This document shows, in pieces, positions 1-64,000 of a stretch of DNA of 64,000 nt (within the stretch, counting starts at the first letter, position 1; each line of letters opens with the position of its first letter). The stretch is taken from positions 41,354,001-41,418,000 of the forward strand of contig OX597834.1 of the NCBI GenBank assembly GCA_951406725.2. The letters run 5' to 3'. The notes under the pieces were generated by a model. The model ran no database searches. It was not told the origin of the DNA and saw only the letters and a list, made by a program, of their open reading frames with translations. The stretch comes from Octopus vulgaris. Its lineage: Eukaryota. The translations under genes and the position numbers were made by a program.

Positions 1-267
1 CCACCACCACCATCATCATAAAGATCGTCCTATCGTCTGCTTTTAAGGAAGAAGACTGAGTCGTTTTCTTCCTCCGGTTGTCTTTTGCGCGGTGTCTGTA
101 GTTGTGTGTTGAATGGGGTTGAAATTTTGGAAGACAGTGTTTAATCTTTCAGATCAAGTCCTCACTAACTTCTTCAAAACCCACTTGAAGAGAAAGGGGT
201 GAATAGAAAGGGGTATGCTGCTCTTTTAAAAATAGCTTGCTGAGACCAGAGAAATCGGTGCGGTTAA

Positions 268-487
268 CCCTTTAGCATTCGTATTGCTTTTTCAAATGTA
301 ATGCTTATTTTATCCACATTGTTTTGAATTAATCATGCATTATTTCACAGCTTTGAGATTTCAATAAAGTGATGGTTTATAATTAGAATAACATTGTAGG
401 GTAGGTGTGAGAGGCTGGATCTGACCGGTTTGAACATTCAATAGGTAGAATTTTGGGCTTAATACGACCGGTATAAATGCTAAATGT
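268..487. mobile_element. piggyBac-type MITE
   Basis: TTAA|CCCTTTAGCATT ... AATGCTAAATGT|TTAA; imperfect TIRs with TTAA flanks. Confidence 0.6.
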
Positions 488-864
488 TTAAATGAAGCTG
501 CACTAATTATGCGGCTGGATGCTGGCTGCCAAAGCTAAGGGGAGCGAATTTATATGCTCTTTTTTTTTTTGATTTGCCAGCGAAATCCAGGGTCTTGTGT
601 TTGGGGGCGGGGTACGGCGAATCACCCTTATATAATTGGCTCCCACCAGTTTTAGGGATCACTCCTAATTGCCATATTGTTGCCTTCTGCTGTCACGACT
701 AATTATTGCCATTTATTTATTATTAACATCGTTATTGCTCCTGTTGATCTCGCCCATTCTATTCGATGCAAAAACTTCCACGGCGTCTTTGTTGCTTTTC
801 TTTTGTACTCGACTTTGTATTGTCCCCCAATCGTCTTAGACTCGTATGGCCAATAAAAGAAACC

Positions 865-898
865 ATCATCATCATCATCATCATTATTATCATTATTA

Positions 899-987
<89 letters not shown>

Positions 988-1073
988 TAGTTTTATTTTT
1001 ATAGCGTGCTTTCACTTCCCTACCGAGCGCAGCTCTGTGTGTCTTGGGTATGTGCTGTGATTTGTTGTTATGC

Positions 1074-1149
<76 letters not shown>

Positions 1150-1236
1150 TAGTTTTATTTTTTATAGCGTGCTTTCACTTCCCTACCGAGCGCAGCTCTG
1201 TGTGCCCTGGGTATGTGCTGTGATTTGTTGTGATGC

Positions 1237-1303
<67 letters not shown>

Positions 1304-1389
1304 TAGTTTTATTTTTATAGCGTGCTTTCACTTCACTACCGAGCGCAGCTCTGTGTGCCTTGGGTATGTGCTGTGATTTGTTGTGATGC

Positions 1390-1468
<79 letters not shown>

Positions 1469-1555
1469 TAGTTTTATTTTTTATAGCGTACTTTCACTTC
1501 CCTACCGAGCGCAGCTCTGTGTGTCTTGGGTATGTGCTGTGATTTGTTGTGATGC

Positions 1556-1631
<76 letters not shown>

Positions 1632-1755
1632 TAGTTTTATTTTTATAGCGTGCTTTCACTTCACTACCGAGCGCAGCTCTGTGTGCCTTGGGTATGTGCT
1701 GTGATTTGTTGTGATGATATTATTATTATTATTATTATTATTATCATTATCATTA
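865..1755. repeat. Five ~90-bp units separated by (ATT)n tracts
   Basis: Unit cagtagttttattttt...gatttgttgtgatgct at about 985, 1147, 1301, 1466 and 1629. Confidence 0.9.
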
Positions 1756-2062
1756 ACAGCTATTTATTAATTCGAACGTGTGTGTTACAGAAGAGTGAAT
1801 CAACAAGTATACATGGAGGTAAAAGATTCAGGAAAGACCCGTTATAACCCGCTGTACAAATTAATATTGTCATTGTAGTAGGTCCGAGTGTTGTGCTCAT
1901 ATATATAAATTCTAATGCGTGCGCACCCCCCACCTCCACAGACAGACGGACGGACAGCGAGACAGACAAACATGCACATATATACATATATATACACACA
2001 CACACCTTTACACACATATACGTTGCCGGAAGAGTAAATAAATAAATAAAAAATAATCCTTT

Positions 2063-2100
<38 letters not shown>

Positions 2101-2286
2101 TATATATGAAGGATTGTAAGTGAAAATGTGTTTTTATGTAAGTGTATAAGAATTTTCGAATGCGCGCGCGTATGTGTGTGTGTGTATGTATGTGTGTATG
2201 TGTGTGTGTGTGTGTATCACTTTATATATATATATTTCTAAAGGGTTTCTTTCTGTCTATACAACCCGGTGTGTATGTGTAGATGA

Positions 2287-2328
<42 letters not shown>

Positions 2329-2358
2329 TATGTTCTTTTATGTAAAATGCTTCTCTAT

Positions 2359-2391
<33 letters not shown>

Positions 2392-2511
2392 TACACACAT
2401 GCACATACATGCACACACGTGCACATACATACACGCAGATATATGAGTGTGCATTTGTGTGTGTGTGTGTGTATTTGTTTGTGTGTGTGCATTTGTGTGT
2501 GTGTGTGTGCA

Positions 2512-2547
<36 letters not shown>

Positions 2548-3082
2548 TGTGCATCTGTGTAAGGATGTGATATTTCACTTGCTATACGTGTCATCCTCTC
2601 TGTCAACTTTTCGTGGCAGTGCGTGCATCCGTACAGGGGTGTGTGTGTGTAAGTGTGTACGTGTGTATGTATATTTGTGAGTGTGCATGTGTGCGTGTGT
2701 GAGTGCGTGTGTGTGTGCGTGTCTCTCGCTATGACTTCGAGAAAACAAACAAAATTTCAGGTAATTATTTACTTAGGGTGTGTATATGTATTAGCTTACT
2801 TATATACATGCATACATGCATGTATGTATATATGTGTGTATGTATGTATGTATGTATGTGTAGGTGTCTTTTATCTTAGTAAATCCTTGTAAAATGTGTC
2901 ACACGCAAAAACACACACATTCACATATACATACTCACAAACATACACACTCACACACACAAAACATATATGTAGGTGTATGCTTATGCGTGAGTATATA
3001 CATCCATCCATACATACACACTCATATATATATATATATATATATACATACATATATATAATACATATACATACAAAGCAAG

Positions 3083-3152
<70 letters not shown>

Positions 3153-3693
3153 GGAGGGAAGATTAATGGAAAAGTGGGAGGAATGGTCGAAAATTTATAG
3201 TTCATTTCTCTTTTTTTTATTTTTTTTTCTCAAAGTGATTTTGGTTTTTTTGAAAAATTCTCACATATAGTCTCGTCTCTCATGTCATGTCTCTTTCCCT
3301 TCACACACACGCACACATACACACACACACACATACACACACATACACACACACACACACATACACACACACACATGCACTGATACTCATCAACATTCAA
3401 CCTCTTTATTCTTCTTCTACTTCTTCATCTTCCCTCATGCCTTCCCTCCTCTGCTCGCGTTCTCTTTGTCCCTCCCTCCCTCCCCCCATTCCTCTCTCTC
3501 TCTCCCTTCCTCCCACGCCGTCTCTCTCTCTCTCTCTCTCTATTTCTTTCTCTCCTCTTGCCTTCGTCTAATAACCCCCTCCCCACCCCCCCCAGCCCGT
3601 CTCTGTTTCGACCTCGTTCTTTCTTTCTTTCTTTCTTTCTTTCTTGGTCTTTTTCTTTCTCTTTTGACCACTCTCACTCCAACAATTCTACAT

Positions 3694-3730
<37 letters not shown>

Positions 3731-3883
3731 CACGCACGCACGCACATTTGTGTGTGGTGTGGTGTGGTGTGGTGTGGTGTGGTGTGGTGTGGTGTGAGTG
3801 TGTGTGCGTTAATGTATGTAGGTAAAGAATAGATGTATGCATATATGTATTTGGAGAAAGAGGGTGAGGGTGAGAGAGGGATG

Positions 3884-3895
3884 GATATATATAAG
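3884..3895 (+). promoter_or_regulatory. Candidate TATA box of gene 1
   Basis: TATATAAG about 220 nt upstream of the ATG, where microsatellite DNA gives way to unique sequence. Confidence 0.5.
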
Positions 3896-4110
3896 AGAGA
3901 CCGGCAACGATGCAATTCCCGCAGTTGCTGGCAGCATCAGACACGTCGTTGACTTTTCCATTTTCCCTTCCAGCTTTTAGGATAAACTCCAGTTTGGATT
4001 GATTTCGACTTTACGGTTGTTATTGCAGTTTACTCGGGAACTTCTTACATTGGGTTTATTCAAACAACAGCAGCATTAACTAAAGGAGCAACAACAAACA
4101 AACAGCGAAA

Positions 4111-32127
<28,017 letters not shown>

Positions 32128-32318
32128 AAGACTAGAAGACATGGCTGCGCATGAAGATCTTTGAATTTTACAATTAGTGTTTCTGAATGCTTTGGATAAT
32201 GAACGAGCTGCAAGTGGCATTAAGCTTCAAACGCCAATCCTACACATTTTTCAATTGCTAAAGATAATGATGCGGTTGTTATTGTTTTATATTCCTTAAC
32301 GAAAATAACGGAAGGGAA

Positions 32319-32324
32319 AATAAA
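32319..32324 (+). terminator. Candidate polyadenylation signal of gene 1
   Basis: First AATAAA after the stop, about 190 nt downstream; an alternative lies at 33000-33005. Confidence 0.4.
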
Positions 32325-32450
32325 AGAACGCAACTCAACAAATATTTCAACAGAATCGTCATTTTTTTTTCTCTCCTTCTGACGCTACATTAAAAACAAA
32401 GTGCGCTTTACTAACACACACTCACACACACGCACGTATGTATATGTATG

Positions 32451-32494
<44 letters not shown>

Positions 32495-32501
32495 CATGCA
32501 T

Positions 32502-32598
<97 letters not shown>

Positions 32599-33300
32599 TT
32601 CGTACATACTCCACATCTTATTGTCATATAAGTATAGAGTATCAGTAATCAATGCCAGGGTCCAAACTAATAATTTCGTAGTTATACATTTTCGGTCTGT
32701 ATAGGTAGAAGCCCAAATTGCCTGTACGCTACGACTGAGGAAGGATAGCGTGTCAACAAACAAACCATACTACTTGATTTGATTTCAAAGTAGATTATTA
32801 TATTCTCTTAAACTGCTATTCGATAATTAACTGTTTATGTTTTTAGGTTCCAAGTACGGAAGCACTATTTAAGATGCTGTCTCACAGCATAGTTGTTACA
32901 TTGCTCCAAATTATGTTCTCTTCATCGTTTTCTATCAGCCAATGCACATTTGTTCTCTTCGTAAGTGTTTCTTGATATGCTCTATGACAACAAAAAGGCA
33001 ATAAAATTTTTTTTAATTTTATTTTCGTGTCTTTATTTCTATGTATTTTTTTTTTTTTACTTCGTATTTGGATTTTCCTTCACGAATTTCCACGTTATCT
33101 CCAGTATATTTCAGCAGAAATTTCTGCAGAAGAAATCAAAATTAAAGAATTATTTGGATGCAAAAATTCTTTTGCTGACATCACTTCTGCTGACAAGTTT
33201 ACTTTTGTGAGCTGTGCTTGTTTGCAATATGCAACAGATACATGTCCTTAAAATTGGACTTTACTGCCTCGAAAAGGATATATTGGACAATGAAGCCTCT

Positions 33301-33899
33301 TATTTCTTTATTGCCTACAAGGGGCTAAACGTAGAGGGGACAAACAAGGACAGACAAACGGATTAAGTTGATTACATCGACTCCAGTGCGTAACTGGTAC
33401 TTAATTTATCGACCCCGAAAGGATGAAAGGCAAAGTCAACCTCGGCGGAATTTGAACTCAGGACGTAACAACAGACGAAATACGTATTTCTTTACTACCC
33501 ACAAGGGGCTAAACGTAGAGGGGACAAACAAGGACAGACAAACGGATTAAGTCGATTATATCGACCCCAGTGCGTAACTGGTACTTAAGTTATCGACCCC
33601 GAAAGGATGAAAGGCAAAGTCGACCTCGGCGGAATTTGAACTCAGGACGTAACAACAGACGAAATACCTATTTCTTTACTGCCCACAAGGGGCTAAACGT
33701 AGAGGGGACAAACAAGGACAGACAAACGGATTAAGTCGATTATATCGACCCCAGTGCGTAACTGGTATTAAATTTATCGACCCCGAAAGGATGAAAGGCA
33801 AAGTCGACCTCGGCGGAATTTGAACTCAGAACGTAACGTCAGACGAAATACTGCTAAGCATTTCGCCCGGCGTGCTAACGCTTCTGCCAGCTCGCCGCC
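33301..33899 (-). mobile_element. SINE family C trimer with an 18-bp TSD
   Basis: ttggacaatgaagcctct at 33283-33300 and 33900-33917; three ~185-bp bodies and one head. Confidence 0.9.
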
Positions 33900-34399
33900 T
33901 TGGACAATGAAGCCTCTGATATACAAAAGTACTGGACGGATATGTTTGGAAATCTTATCCTCATAGGCCTGCTCGATGTGGACTGACCTCTTGTAGAACA
34001 ACCACGAATAACAATAACAACGTGTACACTAAAGTTTGGATCGGGTGTCTTCTGAAAAATCAAAAGGAAATTTTGATGACCATCATGTATGGGCAAAGAT
34101 TTGTGTTGTTGAGATGTTTGCTTTGCAACCACCTGAATGTAAGTTCGATACCACTGAGCGTGGTAAATAACTTTGAGCTGACCAAATACGTCTTAAGTGA
34201 AGTATTTCTTGACGGAATCTCCTTCAGTTTTTACTTAAAGTCAAAAGGAAAGGAAGGACAGAATTATAATTTGGTCTTAAGTATGAGGTGTTTGCAAGAG
34301 AATGAAGAAACAAGAAGAACCACGAAGAAGAATGCTTTTAGATACTGATCTGCTTGTTTAGGGATGAACTGAGGTGTAAAGATAAATGAGAAGAAGAAG

Positions 34400-34802
<403 letters not shown>

Positions 34803-37800
34803 AAAATAAAAAGGTACTTACCGAAATATCTGTTGGCGGAAGTATGTAGAACTAAAAGAGCTTAAATCATTGTTTCCTAGATTTTACGCTTCATATCTTG
34901 TATCCTCTAATCTATGTAAAATGTATTAAGATTATCAAATGCCATCCAACGAAGGACCTCCACACGGTGAGCAAAGCTGCTGAAAATAGCAACCAAATCT
35001 CTCTCAAATCACACATTACCTACCATCTTAAAAGAAGGAAATGAAGACAATTGGGGTGATTTGAGTGAAAGTTTACTATATTTTCCATCAGGCTTAGAGG
35101 ATCCTATAAAGGGTCTCTCGCTATGTAATACAGTAGGAAATTTAAAATCTTTTGTCTTTTGACTGAACACGTTAATCTGCAAAGTCTCAGGTCCCTAGTT
35201 TATTTGGAAGATATAACTAAAGAATCTGAGAATAGCTAGACCTAGGATAGTGTTCACCAATACGGTTCTGAGATAAAGTGTGTAGATTATCCAGTTTAAT
35301 CCCACCATCTCTCCCTTGGATATCTTTAGCTGAGTACACTCTACTGCAAAGATTTAAATTTTCAGTTTGAGCATAACGTTTTCCTTCTCACCAGTCTCGG
35401 AAGCCCTTAGAAGGGCCAAAAGTACTACCTTACCTTTTTTGATTAGGATATTTAAAACAAAATGGAGTGAGTAATGTTATCTGCATAGTAGTACATGTAG
35501 TTTTGGTAACATCGAGATGGTACCTATTGTAAAGAAATGCGAAATAATTACTAATGCAAGATTGGATGGATAGAGATCGGGAAAAAAACTCCTCTTAAAA
35601 CCGCAGGTAACAGAGCAATTTGACAAGATTTGTTCGATTTAATAAATAAAAACAAATTTGGAGCTCATTTAATATAATATTTACTTTTGCATTCCGTATG
35701 AGACGAAATGAAAAACACGCATGGGATCCGTGAATAGGAAGATTTACTAGGAGGCACTCTTGTATCGAACATAATCCAAGGTAAATGCTGTAGCACATAA
35801 ACAAGAAGATTCGCTCTGGATTTCTCGCATCAGACGAAAAGAATGGGAACTCCAGAGAAATGGAAAAAAAGAACTGTAATATTTCTTTATTTGCTGAGAA
35901 GTCGAGAATCCAAATCTGTTTTCAAAATTACGGTTTGTTTCAGAGCAGTACGTTATCCATTATAATAGTAATGTTCATGAAGATGTCAGAAACTAATATT
36001 AGAATTTCTGGGGAATATACAATAGTGTCTCGAAAGAAGGGACCGAAACCGGTACAAGCTAATAGTTAGCGGTTATCTGTCATTATCGAACGATTTTGTG
36101 TGATTTAAATCGATCAGAACGTCATTGAAGTATGGTCTGTGTGTCGCATGAAATGGACATGTCTGTCAGCAATCGATCAGTGCTGTCCAGTACCGACAAC
36201 TCAACCGACGACAAACGACACTCCCCGAAAATCTTTGACAACGAATTTTGTAGGGGTTATGGGAATAAAATTATCAGTAGCATCCTTTCTGGTCCACTCT
36301 TGGTCGATTTGCCATATACGAAAGAGGGTTTCCAATAACGTACAAGACTGACCCAAAAATAAAGCTTGTAGGACGGGCAATCAAAAACTCGGCGATTTAA
36401 CTCTCGAAAACGAAAACAGCTTTTGTATTTCAGTTGATATGATCTGCTTTTCGCAGCCCATTACCTTTTCCCGTGAGAGTTATGACGAGCATTCGATGCA
36501 AGCATTGAAGCCCAACATCTCCAAGCCGTCGATTCATCCGAACTATTGAGTAAACGGAATGGAAAGATTGCGCACATTTTGTCTGGAGTCGGTTAGCATA
36601 AGCAATTCGGGACCCGCCAAGGAAGAAGGCAATACGGATCTTTTATACTATATATTCCGGAAAAGAATAAGAAAAAGAAGAGTACTTTGAGGACAAAATA
36701 ATCCAGGCAAGGTAAGCAGTGACACCCATTTTGTGTATCTGTCTATTTGTTTAGTTTTTGTTATTGCATATGTCCAAGTCAGTCCAAGGTTTTATCTGTC
36801 TATTTGAATTATTGTCTCCATATCTGCTCACTTGGTTTCCCCTTATAGCCACTCTTTACCCTGCTGACTCGGTAAAAATATTTTGGTCTCATCTATTGAC
36901 TCTCTCACTCTCTCTTTTTTTCTTTTTCTCTCTCTCTCTTTTTTCTTTTTTTCTCTCTCTCTCTCTCTTTATATATCTATATGCTATTAAAAGTGAAGTT
37001 CAATCTTGCTTGCTTGCTTGCAATGTTACACAACCAAACTGGCACATAATGGGAAAATATTTCGAAAGTAAAGTGCCTCTGAAACGTGAATACGAACGGA
37101 ATAAAACAAGTTTCGCGTAAATCAGACCAGAAGTTATTGAGATATTTGGGGGTACAAATACCCAAAACGGTGCATAATGGGAAAACACTCCGAAAATAAC
37201 TTCACCCTGAAAGAAGCTCTAACCTTTCCATTAGACACATTATGTCAGGCAAAATATTTTTTACGGAAAAATGACTTTAAAAATACGGTAAACATTTCGT
37301 AAAAGACCCGTTCTTAACCTCGGTGTGAAATAGACTTTTTTCCACAGGTGTTTTTCGAGTGCTTTCAACGTATCTCACCCTCCAAAGTTTTGGCTGCTAT
37401 TTCTAGCACGCCCTTATACCACGTAACAACTATTTGCGATAAAGGGCCCGAAATACCTGTTACGTGTTAGCAGGGCGTGCAAGAAATAGTAGTCAAATCT
37501 TTCCTTTTGTGGGGAAAGCAACCGTTTACGCGTGATTTACGTGTAATTTCCCTATTTACAAATCTTTAGTTTACTCTCAACTTTCAAAGACGAGTGAAAT
37601 GAAGTGAACCAAAGAAGTCAATCAAAGTTTAGCAACAGGGCCTCAGCAATACATATTCGTACTAGTATGGAAAAATCTGGACGGAGAAACTCTTGGGTTA
37701 TCAAATCTCATTTTATTAAAGCTTGGCTGCACAACATGGCGAACTTTACCTTTGTTTACCTTAATCATGACACGCATTACAATTTACTACGCGTCATTTT

Positions 37801-37852
37801 TTCGACTAGGACGTTTGTTTTTATACAACGAAAGAAGTCCAGCACATGTACG

Positions 37853-37872
37853 TACACACTCACACACACACA

Positions 37873-37936
<64 letters not shown>

Positions 37937-38090
37937 CACATACACACTCACACACACACAAACACACATACACACACACACATACACACACACACAACAC
38001 ACACACACAAACACAAACACACACACACACACACACACGTAGACACCTACACATTGATACCTACAGAAACAAACATACACACACACATAC

Positions 38091-38125
<35 letters not shown>

Positions 38126-38197
38126 CAAACACAAACACATACACACTCACACACACACACACACGTAGACACCTGCACATTGATACCTACAGAAACA

Positions 38198-38266
<69 letters not shown>

Positions 38267-38345
38267 AGACACCCGCACATTGATACACACACATACACAC
38301 ACACACACACACAGAGAAACACACATGCACAAACATACACACGCA
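37853..38345. repeat. (CA)n array with three copies of a gtagacacc..cacattgatac spacer
   Basis: Spacers near 38040, 38165 and 38265. Confidence 0.85.
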
Positions 38346-38556
38346 TACATAGACTGAACGAACCTAAATATATATTACATATTCCTTTTTGAATGACGAA
38401 TCATCCTCTGTAAGGGTTTTCAATCTAACGTATCGGATCACTACTTACTTATTTCACTGAGTAGCTGAAGTCTTTGCCATACTATAGTTTTTATTACCTG
38501 ACAACAAATCAAAAATTCCCGGACACACATATACACGCACATGGACGCACACAAAG

Positions 38557-38595
<39 letters not shown>

Positions 38596-38820
38596 CCTCT
38601 CTCTCGACATACATACACACACACATATGCGTATGTGTGTATACATCAGTATATATATATATATATATATATATTAAAATTCGACTTTGCCTTTCATCAT
38701 TTCGGGGTCGATTAAATAAGTACCAGTTACGCACTGGGGTCGATCTAATCGACTTAATCCGTTTGTCTGTCCTTGTTTCTCCTCTCTGTGTTTAGCCCCT
38801 TGTGAGTAGTAAAGAAATAA

Positions 38821-38868
<48 letters not shown>

Positions 38869-38925
38869 TTATATATAAAAAATACAAAATGGGACAAGAA
38901 CGCAAAACCAGCCCTTTCTTCCTTC

Positions 38926-39035
<110 letters not shown>

Positions 39036-39079
39036 ATATGTATGTATATATAAACACTTTATAAATATATAAAAATCAT

Positions 39080-39385
39080 TTTCGGTCATGAATGACAGGG
39101 GATTGCACCTAGAAAGTACCCCTCCGAGGCACAAGTCCGGGCAAGGTTGTTCATGGAAGACCAACAGTCACCCATGCATAATGGCTTCCTCTCTCCACGC
39201 CACCGATGTATCCAGGAGAATGGCAAAGGGGCCGATACAGCTTGGCACCAGTGACGTTGCAACTCATTCCTACAGCTGAATTAACTGGAACAACGTGAAT
39301 TAAAATGTCTTAGTCTGGGAATCGAACTCACTACATCATGATTGCGAGCCCGATGCTTTAGTCACTAAGCGATGCGCCTTCACAT
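39080..39385 (-). mobile_element. SINE family B, decayed
   Basis: Similarity to 50557-50899. Confidence 0.78.
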
Positions 39386-39454
39386 GAATAAAAGTTGACC
39401 TCCAAAGAATTTAAACTTAGAACGTAAAGACGGACGAAATGCTGTGCTAAGGAT

Positions 39455-39842
39455 TCTTTTTTACTCTAGGTACAAGGTCCGAAATTTTGGAGGAGGCGGC
39501 CAGTCGATTAGGTCGACCCCAGTACGCAACTGGTACTTACCCCGAAAGGATGAAAGGTAAAGTCGACTTCGGCGGAATTTGAACTCAGAACGTAGCGGCA
39601 GACGAAATACCTATTTCTTTATTACCCACAAGGGGCTAAACACAGAGAGGACAAACAAGGACAGACATAGGTATTAAGTCGATTACATCGACCCCAGTGC
39701 ATATCTGGTACTTAATTTATCGACCGCGAAAGGATGAAAGGCAAAGTCGACCTCGGCGGAATTTGAACTCAGAACGTAGCGGCAGACGAAATACCGCTGA
39801 GCATTTCGCCCGGCGTGCTGACGTTTCTGCCAGCTCGCCGCC
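39455..39842 (-). mobile_element. SINE family C dimer
   Basis: Junction gacgaaatac|ctatttcttt at about 39610. Confidence 0.82.
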
Positions 39843-40134
39843 TAATAGTGATACATAGATGAATAGATACACACCTGTACATATACCTACATATTCATGC
39901 TAATACACACAAACATATACAGAAATGAGATACTTGAAATATGAGACATGAAATACGTTATCTATGAAAATCAATACGTACATACATCTCACTCCATTAC
40001 CCAACTTTCATTTTTCCTCCTCCCCCACCTCTCTTTCTCAGTGAATCATTCCCTCTAACGTTCACGTACTCTCATTACTAGGCTTCATTGTTTTATATTG
40101 GAAAGACAACGCCTAGGACTTGGTCATTTAGCAG

Positions 40135-40142
40135 TATAAGAA
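40135..40142 (+). promoter_or_regulatory. Candidate TATA box of gene 2
   Basis: TATAAGAA about 140 nt upstream of the ATG. Confidence 0.4.
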
Positions 40143-40275
40143 CACCACAGTAGGTCGTAAATTGTTCCGCAGAAACTTTTTCTTTGCGCAGTTCGTACTC
40201 CAACCAGTGAATTGTTTCTTATTCCATTCCCGCATTTATTCTTTAACAGAAAATCTTTGAATAACAACAACAAAA

Positions 40276-63512
<23,237 letters not shown>

Positions 63513-64000
63513 GTAAGATCTAATTTATTCTTTAGCACACATTTTCTCTTACACTTTTTCCATTATAGCCATCGAGTACATTTTTCTTTCTAATTTCATG
63601 CACTTTGAGGGTTGATCTATGTAGTCATTTGTCTCCCTGATATACCATATTATATACAATGTACAAATTTTATTTCTAGAGAACAGGGCACAATAAAATC
63701 TGCATTTGAAAAGCATACCGCTTCGATATGCATTTCTTCAACAATCTTAATAAGCTTAGCGGCAGTTAGTAGTATGTAGTAAGGCTGATTCAGTTCACTG
63801 CTCTAAGTAACGTTTGGAATGTGATTTTAATACTGAAAATTTATAGAAATATTTCCTGACCTTGCTGCGTCTGTTTCAATAAACTCTTTCTGTCGGCATG
63901 GCTTTGAGACAGACGTTATATTTTCCAACAGCAATGTTTTTCATACATTTAAAATAGCGACATAATTTGCTTCAGTACACAATAAAAATACTAGTTATAT

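Noticed and set aside
865-1755. CRISPR-like appearance
   Set aside because: Spacers are (ATT)n, units are about 90 bp, there are no cas genes and the context is eukaryotic.
766-3944. Many ORFs of poly-I/L, HT, CV, YI and YLSI, here and throughout the window
   Set aside because: Translations of microsatellites; no splice or homology support.
33301-33899. Retrozyme interpretation of the SINE C multimers
   Set aside because: No hammerhead core found on either strand of the unit; it has Pol III boxes instead.
35960-36060. GAAACCGGTA hammerhead-like half
   Set aside because: No matching core with a valid 3-8 pair or stem I.
37389-37498. Imperfect ~110-nt hairpin upstream of gene 2
   Set aside because: Arms resemble a dispersed repeat fragment (gaaatagcagcc, also near 7030, 29430 and 34985); no evidence for a miRNA or regulatory role.
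63680-63709. Possible last exon of gene 2 (RTGHNKICI* or NRAQ*)
   Set aside because: No resemblance to gene 1 exon 11 (EKAVFIIK); the true exon is probably beyond the window. cDNA would decide.

Overview
AT-rich, microsatellite-dense animal DNA; the SINE repertoire and gene style suggest a cephalopod (Octopus-like), which is an inference. The window holds two tandem + strand genes for protostome-type cytoplasmic intermediate filament (IF) proteins, each with a long coil 1b and a lamin-tail domain. I assembled both by hand from GT-AG splice sites. Gene 1 is complete: 11 coding exons, 4111-32127, 591 aa, no CaaX. Gene 2 has 10 coding exons in the window, 40276-63512, with identical intron phases; it has a degenerate helix-initiation motif, an Arg/Pro-rich head and a one-heptad deletion in coil 2. 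Introns contain four tRNA-derived SINE families, Helitrons, a decayed piggyBac, a DD37D Tc1/mariner, R4/Dong-like, RTE-like and other LINE fragments, and a Gypsy fragment. The most unusual signal is a set of minimal type I hammerhead-ribozyme folds in Penelope-like, often palindromic, relics inside microsatellites. Together they show all four Watson-Crick versions of the core 3-8 pair. Nearly all other ORFs in the track are microsatellite artefacts. No searches or folding were run.
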